Assembly (NCBI GenBank): GCA_051313645.2
Contig: JBNRSN020000014.1
Location: forward strand, 107,508,001-107,572,000
Source: Centroscyllium fabricii
Taxonomy: Eukaryota
Length of the DNA stretch: 64,000 nt
Direction of reading: 5' to 3'
The stretch's first letter is position 1. Each line of letters starts with the position of its first letter. Both the position numbers and the translations under genes were made by a program. The notes under the pieces were generated by a model. The model saw only the letters and a program-made list of their open reading frames with translations. It was not told where the DNA came from and did not search any database. This document shows positions 1 through 10,432 of the stretch, piece by piece.

Positions 1-609
1 CCCATTAACACCGGAGATGCTGCCAGCTCCATTTTGCAGGGGGCTGAACGGTAGGTGTTCCAAGCGCCTGCCTGTTTCAGCTGATAGGCCCCTTCTAGTA
101 TGGAAACTGGACTATGACGTAAATAGGACCCCGATTGCCATTTTAGGTTGGAACTCAACGGAGCCTGCGCCATACGGTCACCGACCAGTTTCATGGGTGA
201 TGGAGCCGAAAGAAGAAAGATGTGCATTTCTACAGCGCTTTTCACAACCACTGGATGTCCCAAAGCACTTTACAGCCAATTAAGTACTTTTTAAAGTGCA
301 GTCACTGTTGTAATGTAGAAAACGTGTGACGATTCGTCAATGAATCAAAGACGAGTAGTTACCTTAACTATAGGCTTTTATTCGCTTTACAAAGGAGCTA
401 CGCTCCAGTCGAACATCGAGTACAGAATGAATGGGGGCAGGTCAGACCCCACCTATAAGGCTCTCACCTGAGGGGAGGAGTTAGAGGTGTGGCTGACCTG
501 ACCTCACGACAGTGTCATAATACAAAAACTATGTACAGTGCACCCAGCCGCTATACATGCTGGTTTACAGTGGTAATAACGGTTACCACATTCACCCCTT
601 CTTTGAAAA

Positions 610-3600
610 TTAAGTCTGGCGGGGTGAATGGACAGAACAGTTCATAATAAGTCTCTCCGGCGGTCGCGTCTGCCTTGAGGACCGCCGGGTTTCTGTTAGC
701 GGCGCTGGTGCCGGTAGTGTCGGCGGTGCTGGTGCCGGTAGTGTCGGCGGGGCCGGGTCCCCTGGCTGCTGCTGTGCCTGTGGTGTGGTGTCCGGTTCTT
801 GGTCCTCAGCTGGTAGTGGCGGGGGCTCCGGTGTGTGCGTGTGCATAGGCCAAAATCCGGTGGGTTGTGGTTGGTGTGTAGGCCGGTGGTCAGTAGGTAG
901 TGGCTGGTCGGGCTGAGGCTCGACCAGGGGCTCTGCTGTGCTGCTCCCGGCGGGCGCTAGGTCCCTGATGGAAACTGTGTCCTCGCGCCCGTCCGGGAGC
1001 TGCACGTATGCATACTGCGGGTTGGCATGCAGCAGCTGCATCTTCTCCACCAGGGGGTCGGTCTTATGGCCGCGGACATGTTTTCTAAGTAAGACCGGCC
1101 CCGGCATCGTGAGCCATGGTGGGAGTGCTGTCCCCGAGGTCGACTTCCTGGGGAAGGAAAAGAGCAATTCGTGAGGTGTGGCGTTGGTAGCCGTACACAG
1201 CAGAGAGCGGATGGAGTGCAGCGCGTCTGGGAGGACTGCCTGCCAACGGGACACTGGAAGGCCTCTGGACTTCAGGGCCAGGCTGACCGCCTTCCAGATG
1301 ATCCCGTTCTCCCTTTCTACCTGGCCGTTCCCCCGGGGGTTTTAACTGGTCGTTCTGCTCGAGGCAACCCCTTTCTGAAGCAGAAACTGACGCAGTTCGT
1401 CGCTCATGAACGACGACCCCCGGTCGCTATGGATGTAACTGGGGAGACCGAAAATGGCAAACAGCATGGTGAAGTGTTTGATCACCGTTGCGCTCGTCAT
1501 ATCTGGGCAGGTGAAGGCGAAGGGGAAGCGGGAGAACTCGTCTACGACCGTGAGGAAGTATGAGTTGCGGTCGGTGGAGGGGAGGGGGCCTTTGAAGTCC
1601 ACGCTTAGACGTTCAAAAGGGCGGGTGGCCTTAATGAGGTGTGCCGTGTCTGGCCTGTAAAATTGGGGTTTGCACTCGGCGCAAACAGGGCACTCTCGGG
1701 TCATAGCCTTGATCTCCGTGATGGAGTAGGGGAGGCTACGGGATTTAATGAAATGGGCAAGTCTGGTGACACCCGGGTGGCAGAGGCGATCGTGGTGTTC
1801 CTTCAGCCGGTCTAGCTGGGCACTGGCGCACGTTCCCCTGGACAGTGCATCCGGGGGTTCATTGAGTTTGCCTGGTCGGTAAAGAATGTCGTACTCGTAA
1901 GTCGAGAGCTCGATCCGCCACCGCAGGATCTTATCATTCTTGATTTTACCATTTTGTTTATTGTTAAACATAAACGCGACCGACCGTTGGTCGGTGAGCA
2001 GGGTAAAACGCTTACCGGCCAGGTAATGACGCCAGTAGCGCACGGCCTCCACGATAGCCTGGGCGTCCTTTTCCACTGCAGAGTGGCGAGTTTCGGGTCC
2101 CTGTATGGTGCGGGAGAAAAACGCTATGGGCCTGCCTGCCTGGTTCAGGGTGGCGGCAAGGGCAAAGTCCGAAGCGTCGCTCTCCACCTGGAAAGGGATG
2201 GACTCATCAACGGCGTGCATGGTCGCCTTGATAATATCTTCCTTGATCCGGGCGAACGCCGTGTGGGCTTCAACCGAGAGGGGGAAGACGGCATCCTTGA
2301 GGAGCGGTCTGGCCTTATCTGCGAACTGGGGAACCCATTGCGCGTAATAGGAGAAAAATCCCAGACTTCTCTTTAGGGCCTTGGGGTTGTGAGGTAGGGG
2401 CAGTTCCTGTAAGGGACGCATATGCTGTGGGTCGGGGCCAAGGACCCCGTTTTCCACTACATATCCGAGGATGGTGAGCCGATCTGTACTAAAGACGCAC
2501 TTGTCTTTATTGTACGTGAGATCGAACCGTTTCGCCATGTGGAGGAATTTGGCCAGGTTGGCATCGTGGTCCTGCTGATCATGGCCGCAGATGGTCATGT
2601 TATCTAGGTAGGGGAAAGTGGCCTGCAACCCGTTCTGGTCAACCATGCGGTCCATCTCCCTCTGGAATACCGACACTCCGTTGGTCACGCCGAAGGGGAC
2701 CCGGAGGACGTGGTAGAGCCGACCGTTCGCCTCGAACGCAGTGTACGGGCGGTCGGCTTTCCGGATCGGGAGTTGGTGATATGCCGACTTAAGGTTGATT
2801 GTGGAGAACACCTTGTACTGGGCGATCTGGTTAACCATTTCCGAGATGCGGGGAAGGGTGTAGGCGTCGAGCCCGGTGTAGCGGTTAATGGTCTGGCTGT
2901 AGTCGATCACCATCCACAGTTTCTCGCCAGTCTTAACCACTACGACCTGGGCCCGCCAGGGGCTGGTGCTGGCTTCAATTATCCCCTCCTGCAGCATACG
3001 CCCGACCTCCGAACTGATAAATGTCCGATCCCCTGCACTGTAACGCCGACTCTTAGTAGCAATGGGTTTGCAGTTTGGGTCGAGTTTGTCGAACAGTGAG
3101 GGTGGGTCGACTTTCAGGGTGGAAAGGCCGCAAGTCGGGCTCCGCTTTAGGAAGGGATTGTCCCGGCTACTGACGGTGAGGGGGGCCAGGGTCCCACCGA
3201 ACTCCATTGTCACGCTCTTCAGGTGGCACTGGAAATCCAGTCCCAGTAAGACTGGGGCGCACAACTGCTGGAGTATGTACAATTTAAAATTACGGTACAC
3301 GCAGTCCCTGACTGTGAGCGTGACGGAGCAGTAGCCGGTGACGTCCGCCGTGTGGAACTTTGAATCAAGGGAGATTTGGTAGTGTGTGGGCAGGGTCTGC
3401 AGTCCGTAGCGCTGCACTGTGTCGGGGTGAATGAAGCTCTCTGTGCTTCCGGTGTCGAACAGGCAGTTGGTGGTATGGCCGTTGACTTTAAACCCCATCA
3501 TGGAATTTGATAGGGTGTGCGGCCTAGCCTGGTCGAGCATGGCTGAGGCCGAAGTGTGTGTGCGTGTGTGGGAGCCCTCCGCTAGCCGGGGCCGTGCACA

Positions 3601-4836
3601 AGATGGCGGCGCCCGTGATTCGCACATGGCCGACCGCGGTGGGCAAGATGGCAGCACCGGGGAGTCGCACATGGCTGGCCGCTGAAGACAAGATGGCGGC
3701 GCCGGGGGGTCGCACATGGCTGGCCGCTGAGGACAAGATGGCGGCGCCCGTGATTCGCACGCGGCGGGCCGCTGTGGACGCGGTGGCGGTGCCCGTGGTT
3801 CGCACGCAGCGGGCCGCGGTGGCTGGGTTGGCGGCGCCCGTGATTCGCACGCAGCGGGCCGCGCTGGGCGAGATGCCGGCGTTGGGGGGTCGCACATGGC
3901 CGGCCGTGGCCGAGTTTGGCGTGCCGTGTGCGCGGCCGGCCTCTGCCGTATCAGGGTGGGCGATGGGGGCGCTTGTACTCTAGCCCCGGACCGTTGCTGG
4001 GTCGCGCTGCAACTGCAGCTTACCTGAGGCCAAGGGCCGGCGTTGGAGCTCACGCAGGCTGCGCTGTTGTGTCTGGAGTTGGGCGCTGGGGCCGATTTGC
4101 AGGCCCTGGCGTAATGTCCCTTTTTCCTACATTTCTCGCAGGTCGCGGTCCTCGCGGGGCATTTTGCTCACGGGTGTAGTCCCTGGCCGCAGAAATAACA
4201 TTTTCTATCCTCCGACGTCCTCGCAGCTGCCGCTGCCGTTGTGGGGGTCTCGACCCGTCGTGGGGCCGCCCAGGAGTCGAAGGTGGCTTGTGGGCCTTGG
4301 CCGCTATACGCCTCTAGTTTGCGGCATGCTCCATCCACTGCGTTGGAGATGGAGATTGCCTCTTCCAGCGATAGTGTTTCTTTCTCCAGCAGCCGCTGGC
4401 GGGCCTGGGCGGACCTGATCCCCGTCACGTAGGCGTCCCGGACGAGGAGTTTCGTCTCCTCCTGCGCCGTCCGTGCCTTGCAGTCACAGGCCCGGGCGAG
4501 GGCTTGGAGCGCCAACAGGTACTGTTCATTGGACTCACCAATTTGTTGTTGTCTGGTCGCCAGCACGTGTCTGGCATAGACCGACTGGACCGGGCGCACG
4601 TAGCATGCCTTCAGTTTCTCCACGGCTTCTGCGTACGTTTTAGCGTCGTGGATGAAGGAGTATACCCGGCTGGAGATCCTAGATGTGAGAACGTGGAGTT
4701 TGTTCCCGTCGGTTGTCGCCTTGGCGGCCTCCATGGAGGCCTCGACGAGACTGAACCAGTGTTCAAATGCATTGGCGGCGGCTGGGTCCTGTGGACTGAT
4801 GTCCAGCTTTTCGGGTTTCACAGCGCCGCTCTCCAT
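610..4836 (-). pseudogene. gag-pol polyprotein of element A (Gag zinc knuckle, protease, RT, RNase H, integrase); one frame with two premature stops
   Basis: ORFs 4168-4836, 1342-4053 and 610-1254 are in the same frame, with stops at 4168-4170 (HP*, likely CGA>TGA) and 1342-1344 (TS*NPRG). Motifs: CYFCG, LFDTGS, YLDN, ESDASD, HHCC, SVDFKG, HSDRG. Confidence 0.93.
3590..3905 (-). repeat. In-frame 45-bp (15-aa) tandem array, about 7 units, between Gag and protease
   Basis: RPAACESRAPPSCPQ-type units; four carry caagatggc(g/a)gc on +. Confidence 0.9.
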
Positions 4837-4846
4837 TTTAATTTTG

Positions 4847-4858
4847 AAGCGAATAAAA
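4847..4858 (-). promoter_or_regulatory. Non-tRNA PBS-position sequence complementary to LTR 4909-4920
   Basis: aagcgaataaaa (4847-4858) is the exact reverse complement of ttttattcgctt (4909-4920). Confidence 0.85.
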
Positions 4859-6321
4859 TTGACGTATCGTCAATGAATCAAAGACGAGTAGTTACCTTAA
4901 CTATAGGCTTTTATTCGCTTTACAAAGGAGCTACGCTCCAGTCGAACATCGAGTACAGAATGAATGGGGGCAGGTCAGACCCCACCTATAAGGCACTCAC
5001 CTGAGGGGAGGAGTTAGAGGTGTGGCTGACCTGACCTCGCGACAGTGTCGTAATACAAAAACTATGTACAGTGCACCCAGCCACTATACATGCTGGTTTA
5101 TAGTGTGCTTAACCATTACAGTGGTAATAATGGTTACCACAATGTGGCAGCTAATTTGCGCACAGCAAGCTCCCACAAACAGCAATGTGTTAATGACCAG
5201 ATCATCTGTTTTAGTGATGTTGATTGAGGGATAACTATTGGCTAGGACACTGGGAATAACTCCCCAGCTCTTCATCGAAATAGTGCTATGGGATCTTTTA
5301 CGTCCACCTGAGAGAGCAGATGGAGCCTCGGTTTAATATCTCATCTGAAAGACGACACCTCCGACAGTACAGCACTCCCTCAGTACTGCACTGGAGTGTC
5401 GGCCTAGATTTCTGTGCTCAAATCTCTGGAGTGGGACTTGAACCCACAACCTTCTGACTCAGAGGTGAGGGTGCTACCCATTAAGCCACAACTGAAAAAA
5501 GAGGCCCGCTAAAGATAAGTGTCGAATTATCTTCGCTGAGTGCTCCTACGGAGTCCACTAAAATAACCAGGGCTCTGCCAGCCCGGGATCTCCATCCTCT
5601 ACAATCGCAACTTACCTTGTGCCGCCCTGGCCCACTACTGAGGCCTCAATCCAGCGAGCTGCACTGGGATGCCTGTTCAATGCCCCGCAGCTCACCTGCC
5701 AAATTTAAATGAGGCCTGGGCCTCAAAACCGAGGAGGGCTCTTCGCCACCGGAGCAGGCGACCGACCAGCACCCTGGTCGGTCGCGCATAATCAAAATCG
5801 ATTCCTATGTGTGCGGATTTGAGGTGAGGACAGGTTTGAGCTCAGCTGTGGTGCACCTGTAAAGCATGTGAAAAATGGCCACTTGCGAGAGGCAACTGTA
5901 CACCAGCAAGGACCTTCAGGAGAATAGGAAAAGGAAGAGAAATTAATGGGAACAGCACAGTAAATCTTAGATAATAAAAAGGATGCTAAACTCAACTAAA
6001 AATCCAAAGAATGTGTTAAATAAATAATACCTGTGAACAATATCCCAATAATATATAGAGGCGATAAATTGGGCAATAATAATGGCCCGGAATTTGTGGT
6101 TGGAGGTGTACCTCCGGAGTACATCTCTGACAAAATTTAAAATAATCCACATCTAGATGGCGGCGTGCATAGACGCAGTGGCTTTGCGTCTCCCAAGATG
6201 ATGCTGTCCGCTGGTTGTTCCCGTACTGGTTCTGGGTCCGTTCGCCGGCGGGGTCAGTGTGGTAGAGCTCCGGGGTCACACCGAGGTTGACACACCTAGG
6301 CTGTCGTGGTCAGAGCGGCAG

Positions 6322-6789
6322 GGCCCGAATGGCTGGATCATCGGGGCCTGCGTGGCCGGAGCGCCGGGGCCCGAGTGGCTGGAACATCGGGGCCTGCGTG
6401 GCTGGAGCACTGGGGCCCGAGTGGCCAGAACATCGGGGCCTGCGTGGTCGAAGTGCCGGGGCTCGAGTGGCCGGAACATCGGGGCCTGTGTGGGTGGAGC
6501 ACTGGGGCCCGAGTGGCCGGAACATCGGAGCCTGCATGATCAAAACGCCGGGGCCTGAATGGCCGGTTCATCGGGGCTTGCATTTCTGGAACATCAGGGC
6601 CCGAGTGGTCGAAGCGCCGGGGCCTGAGTGACCGGAACATCAGGAGCTGTGTTTCCGGAACATCGGGGCCCGAGTGGTCGAAGCTCCGGGGTCCGAGTGG
6701 CCGGAACATCGGGGCCTGCGTGGCCGGAGCACCAGGGCCTGAGTGGCCGGAAAATCGGGGCTTGCGTGACCAGAGTGCCGGGGCCTGCG
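6322..6789. repeat. GC-rich minisatellite, 23-bp monomers alternating as a 46-bp dimer (about 20 monomers)
   Basis: gtggccggaacatcggggcctgc alternates with gtggccggagcgccggggcccga. Confidence 0.9.
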
Positions 6790-6834
6790 GATGGAGTGGA
6801 TCAGACTGAAACTTACAGAAGAGGACATTTTAAT

Positions 6835-7767
6835 GGGCCATGTTTTCCTGTGGCCCGATTGCTGCGGGTGCGCGCTCACGTGCACCTGCAGCGCATGCCC
6901 ACGTAATTTTTTTTTCTGACGGCAATTTCCTGTGGAAAATGCCGGGTTTTTTTTGCTGCGTAGGGGTCTGGTTTTTTTTGGTGCGTGGTGCTTTGTGCGT
7001 AGGTTGTGAGCTGGCCACGCCCACTGAGGTCGGCTTTCCCCCCGCACAAAGCACAGAATCGGCCTCAGGACAAAGAATATCGGGTAGGAAGCACCTTGTT
7101 ATTTTTAAGTTTCTAGGAAGCACCTTGTTTTTTTTAAGTTTCTAGGAAGCACCTTGTTTTTTTAAAGTTTCTAGGAAGCACCTTGGTTTTTTTTGGTGGA
7201 AGTGAAAAAAACACGTTTAAAGGTAAGTTTTTTTTTGATTCCTTTGCAGATATTTGTCTCTGGTCTTTCAGCTTGTAAATGGGTAGGGTTTTTTTTTGGT
7301 GAAAGTGAAAAAAAAACGGGTTTTTAACGCGAATTAAGCAGCTGTGATGGCCACCAGAGCTGCTGACATCACGTTAAAAACCCGTTTTTTTTCCACTTTC
7401 ACCAACAAAAAAAACCCCTACCCATTTACAAGCTGAAAGACCACAGACAAATATCTGCAAAGGAATCAAAAAAAAACTTACCTTTAAACGTGTTTCTCCA
7501 CTTCTCAAAGCTGCTGCAGCACCTCTAAGACTGCTTTTTAAATGTGCATCTCAAGAGAGACTTGCCCACGTGATACACACGTATTTTGAGCAGCTGCCAC
7601 AGGAAATCGGCAGCTCAAAGTCTTCCTGGGTAGGAAGCTGAAGCCCCTTGCCCATCAGCACAGGAAATTCACGTTTCTGGTAATCACCCGAGCTGCACCC
7701 CCACGAGGCATTTCTGACCCCCCTTCGTGAGGGTGCAGCTCTTCTGGAGCACAGGAAAACAGGGCCC
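6835..7767. mobile_element. Harbinger-type MITE with long internal palindrome
   Basis: TIR gggccatgttttcctgtg / cacaggaaaacagggccc; TSD AAT. Internal inverted arms at about 7210-7332 and 7369-7495. 29-bp tandem repeats at about 7085-7190. Confidence 0.8.
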
Positions 7768-7887
7768 AATATCTGCATTATTTCTTGGGAGATTGCATGT
7801 TTGCATTTCGTTGTATTGTGTTTGTTCACCTTACAATGACAATAAATTGAACTGAATTGAATCTACCGTCAGGCTTCAGAAACTTCA

Positions 7888-8729
7888 GGCAAGATTTTCA
7901 TTGGGCCATGGAGGCGGGATTGGAGGCGTGTGGGGGGTTAAAATCCCCAAATCGGGGGGCACGAACCCATCCCACCCCCAACCCACCTCAATGCCAGTTT
8001 CAAAGGAGGCGGGTACCCAACCCGGACTGGGACCCGCCTCCCTGAGGCGGGAAGGGGATTAGTGCCAATTAACTGCCTGTTAACAGGTAGTTTACAGGCA
8101 GTTTTTAGCCTTATCCCTATTTTCATTGGTGAAATGTGGGATTACCGGCTGCTCCAAACCACGCCAAATTAGCGAGGCGGGCCGTCAGGATGAAGGGCTT
8201 GGAGGGGTCAAGATGTCCGGTGTTCAGGTGAGTGATGGGTGCGTGAGTGCAGAGGTAAGTGTGTTTGGTGTGTGTAAAGAGTTCAAAGAAGTATTACTTA
8301 CATGTACTTACCTTTACAGCCTTCCTTCCTTCAGGTCTCGGGAGTCCCTCATCTCACCGGCACAGAAAGCAGAATGGCCGCGAACTGTCAAAAGTTCCAG
8401 CATTCAGCTTTCTGTTCTGGGGAGATCTCTAAATCATCCTGAGAGGAAGGAATTAACCTGAGATACAGATTGTCAGTGTTTGACAGCTTCAAACAGCTGT
8501 GAAATGCTGATATTTCATCTGTCAAAAGGTCTTGACAGATGAAATATCAATCTGTGACGTCATCTGTTGCCGGGTGCCCCTTAATTGGCCTGCTGAGCCC
8601 ACTGGGTGGGCTCAACAAGGTCAATCAAGTCAAAATCGCGTGGGTTGGCTAGAACTCGGTGGAGGCAGGACTACAACCCCGAAAGCTGTAGTCCCGCCTC
8701 CTACCCGTCTCCTCAATGAAAATCGAGCC
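7888..8729. mobile_element. Harbinger-like MITE (same family as about 34461-35297)
   Basis: Imperfect TIR ggcaagattttcattg / caatgaaaatcgagcc; shares internal blocks with the 34.5-35.3 kb copy. TSD unclear. Confidence 0.6.
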
Positions 8730-10432
8730 ATTCGGATCTTGGGCCTGCTGGCGTATGCCTGCGTAAATGTCCACGGATCCCAGGGACGCAGGCGTTTTGG
8801 AAGCATCCCTGGGATCTCGTGAGCCCGGTCCTCCAATCAGAAAGGAGGAATCATAATATGCTTATGGCTTTTCCAGTTACAAACGGAATCGCCATAAGCT
8901 TATTAGGAATCTCCAAATAATTAAATAATTTATACAACTGGAAAAAAATAATTGTTCCCATTTTCAAATTTACTTAAAAGTTCCTTCAATAAAGCATTTA
9001 CAATAAAAATGTAATTTTGGGAAAAATAATTTTAAACATTTTAATCCAGGCCAAAATTTACATAAACTGATTTTAAATGTTTGTGCATGATTATTTATTA
9101 AAATATTTTTAATTTAAGACTTATATTAACCCTCACACTGGTGAAAGCAGGCCCTGTACCTGCTTTTTCCAGGCGTAAGTGTTTTGTGGGCATTCGCTGG
9201 GCAGTAGTTGGGCAAATCGCCCAGCTCTGCACCAGCGGAAGTGATTTTTGGGTCGCTGCAGATGATCTGTCAAGGCGAATCTTGACATCGCAAGTTCCGG
9301 GTTTTCACTCCTGCACAGCGCATGTGGAAACCTGGAACTTGCGGGGCCTTTCTGATGGCTGTGTGTACGCCGTCATTGGGAGCACAAAATCTGGGCCAAT
9401 GTTTATGATCCCAAAATGATAACTTCTGTGTGAATTCAAGCCAAATTGCAAATTTAGTGCAAGTTCAAATAATAGTACTGTAACTGGATTTGTGTTTATT
9501 TTGGAGTATCTATTGCCACTGACAACAGCATTTGGAGCCCATCTTCCATTTTAACAAGGCCCAGAAACTTAAACCAATTTGATAAAAATGCTTTCGAAGA
9601 TCACAAGATAATAGGCCATTCAGCTCACCATAATTCATGCATCCAGCATGACCCTAAAGACTTTGACTGCAGTTTCCAATTGGTTCTTAAATGATTCCAG
9701 GATTTTCACCTCTGCTATATATGCGAGAGTCCATTCCGTGTACAGGAAACTCTTTGGTATCCGGCACCTATGGGAGCGGGATGGTGCCGGTTGATTAAAA
9801 ATTCCGGACAACGGAGAGGTATACCTACCAAGGTACAAGGGCCCCGTTACACAGCACACCTGTTACACCGCCACAGGTGCAGGAGCAGGAGTCCCTGTTA
9901 CATGGCCACAGCCACAGGAACCCCAGTTACACGGCCACAGATCCAGGAACCCCCAGTTACACGGCCACTAATATCCAGTAAAACTTACCTGAACCTACTC
10001 CTGAATGTTGCCGGTTAAGAGAGATTTCCGGATATTAGTGATACCATCAATTACTCGAGTCTGAGAGCAAGTTAACATAGGCTTTAATAAACTTAGAACA
10101 AGCGTAAGGGATCACAGGTATCGTTAGTACAGTACAGTAGAGAGGAGGTCAGAACCCACGAGTGCTGACCTTTATACCCCCAGGGTCAGAGGCGTGGCCT
10201 ACCCGAGGTCCTCCAGGTACAGGTCTCCCAAGTCTGGCTGGGCAAGAGTAGACACGCCCTAAGGCATGTACATACACATAGTTGGTGTTATAGCCAATAT
10301 CACCACATTCACCCCCTGTTAAAGAATTTCAGTACCAGGGGGGGCACAAACAATAACTAACATATGTACAGACAGTATTTACAAAGGTTCCGAGATGTTC
10401 CAAAAAAATTGTGGCCGCCTGTTCATGCCAGG

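Larger units (their letters stand above)
327..5141 (-). mobile_element. Full-length Ty3/Gypsy LTR retrotransposon A (decayed)
   Basis: LTRs 4860-5141 (5') and 327-590 (3') have TG…CA ends and differ by an 18-bp indel plus a few substitutions. TSD acgtg/atgtg (322-326, 5142-5146). PPT at about 591-602 (aagaaggggtgaa on -). Confidence 0.97.
210..5493 (-). mobile_element. DeuSINE (SacSINE1-like tRNA-derived SINE), split by Gypsy element A into about 210-326 and 5147-5493
   Basis: The halves rejoin across the LTR element (…taatgtagaaaacgtg|gcagctaatttgcgcacagc…). A tRNA-like head with B-box (ggacttgaaccc on +) lies at about 5430-5490. Confidence 0.8.
6155..7862 (+). mobile_element. Non-autonomous non-LTR retroelement with Rex1-like 3' tail
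   Basis: Starts agatggcggcg and ends tacaatgacaataaa(ttgaa)n, a tail resembling that of the Rex1-like LINE near 49700. Possible TSD atcta. Confidence 0.55.
6084..9397. mobile_element. PIF/Harbinger-type non-autonomous element hosting nested insertions
   Basis: TIR ggcccggaatttgtg / cacaaaatctgggcc; 3-bp TSD AAT (6081-6083, 9398-9400). Confidence 0.7.

Noticed and set aside
4168-4170. Stop-codon readthrough between gag and pol in element A
   Set aside because: The stop falls inside the zinc knuckle where C has Arg; it is best explained as CpG decay.
6322-6789. CRISPR-like array or repeat-protein ORFs
   Set aside because: The units are contiguous with no unique spacers, there are no cas genes and the context is eukaryotic. 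The ORFs are by-products of GC-rich repeats.
6030-9570. Host exon on the minus strand split by the MITE nest (CPIYRL, faintly P2X-like)
   Set aside because: Rejoining the flanks gives stops upstream in all frames and no convincing homology.
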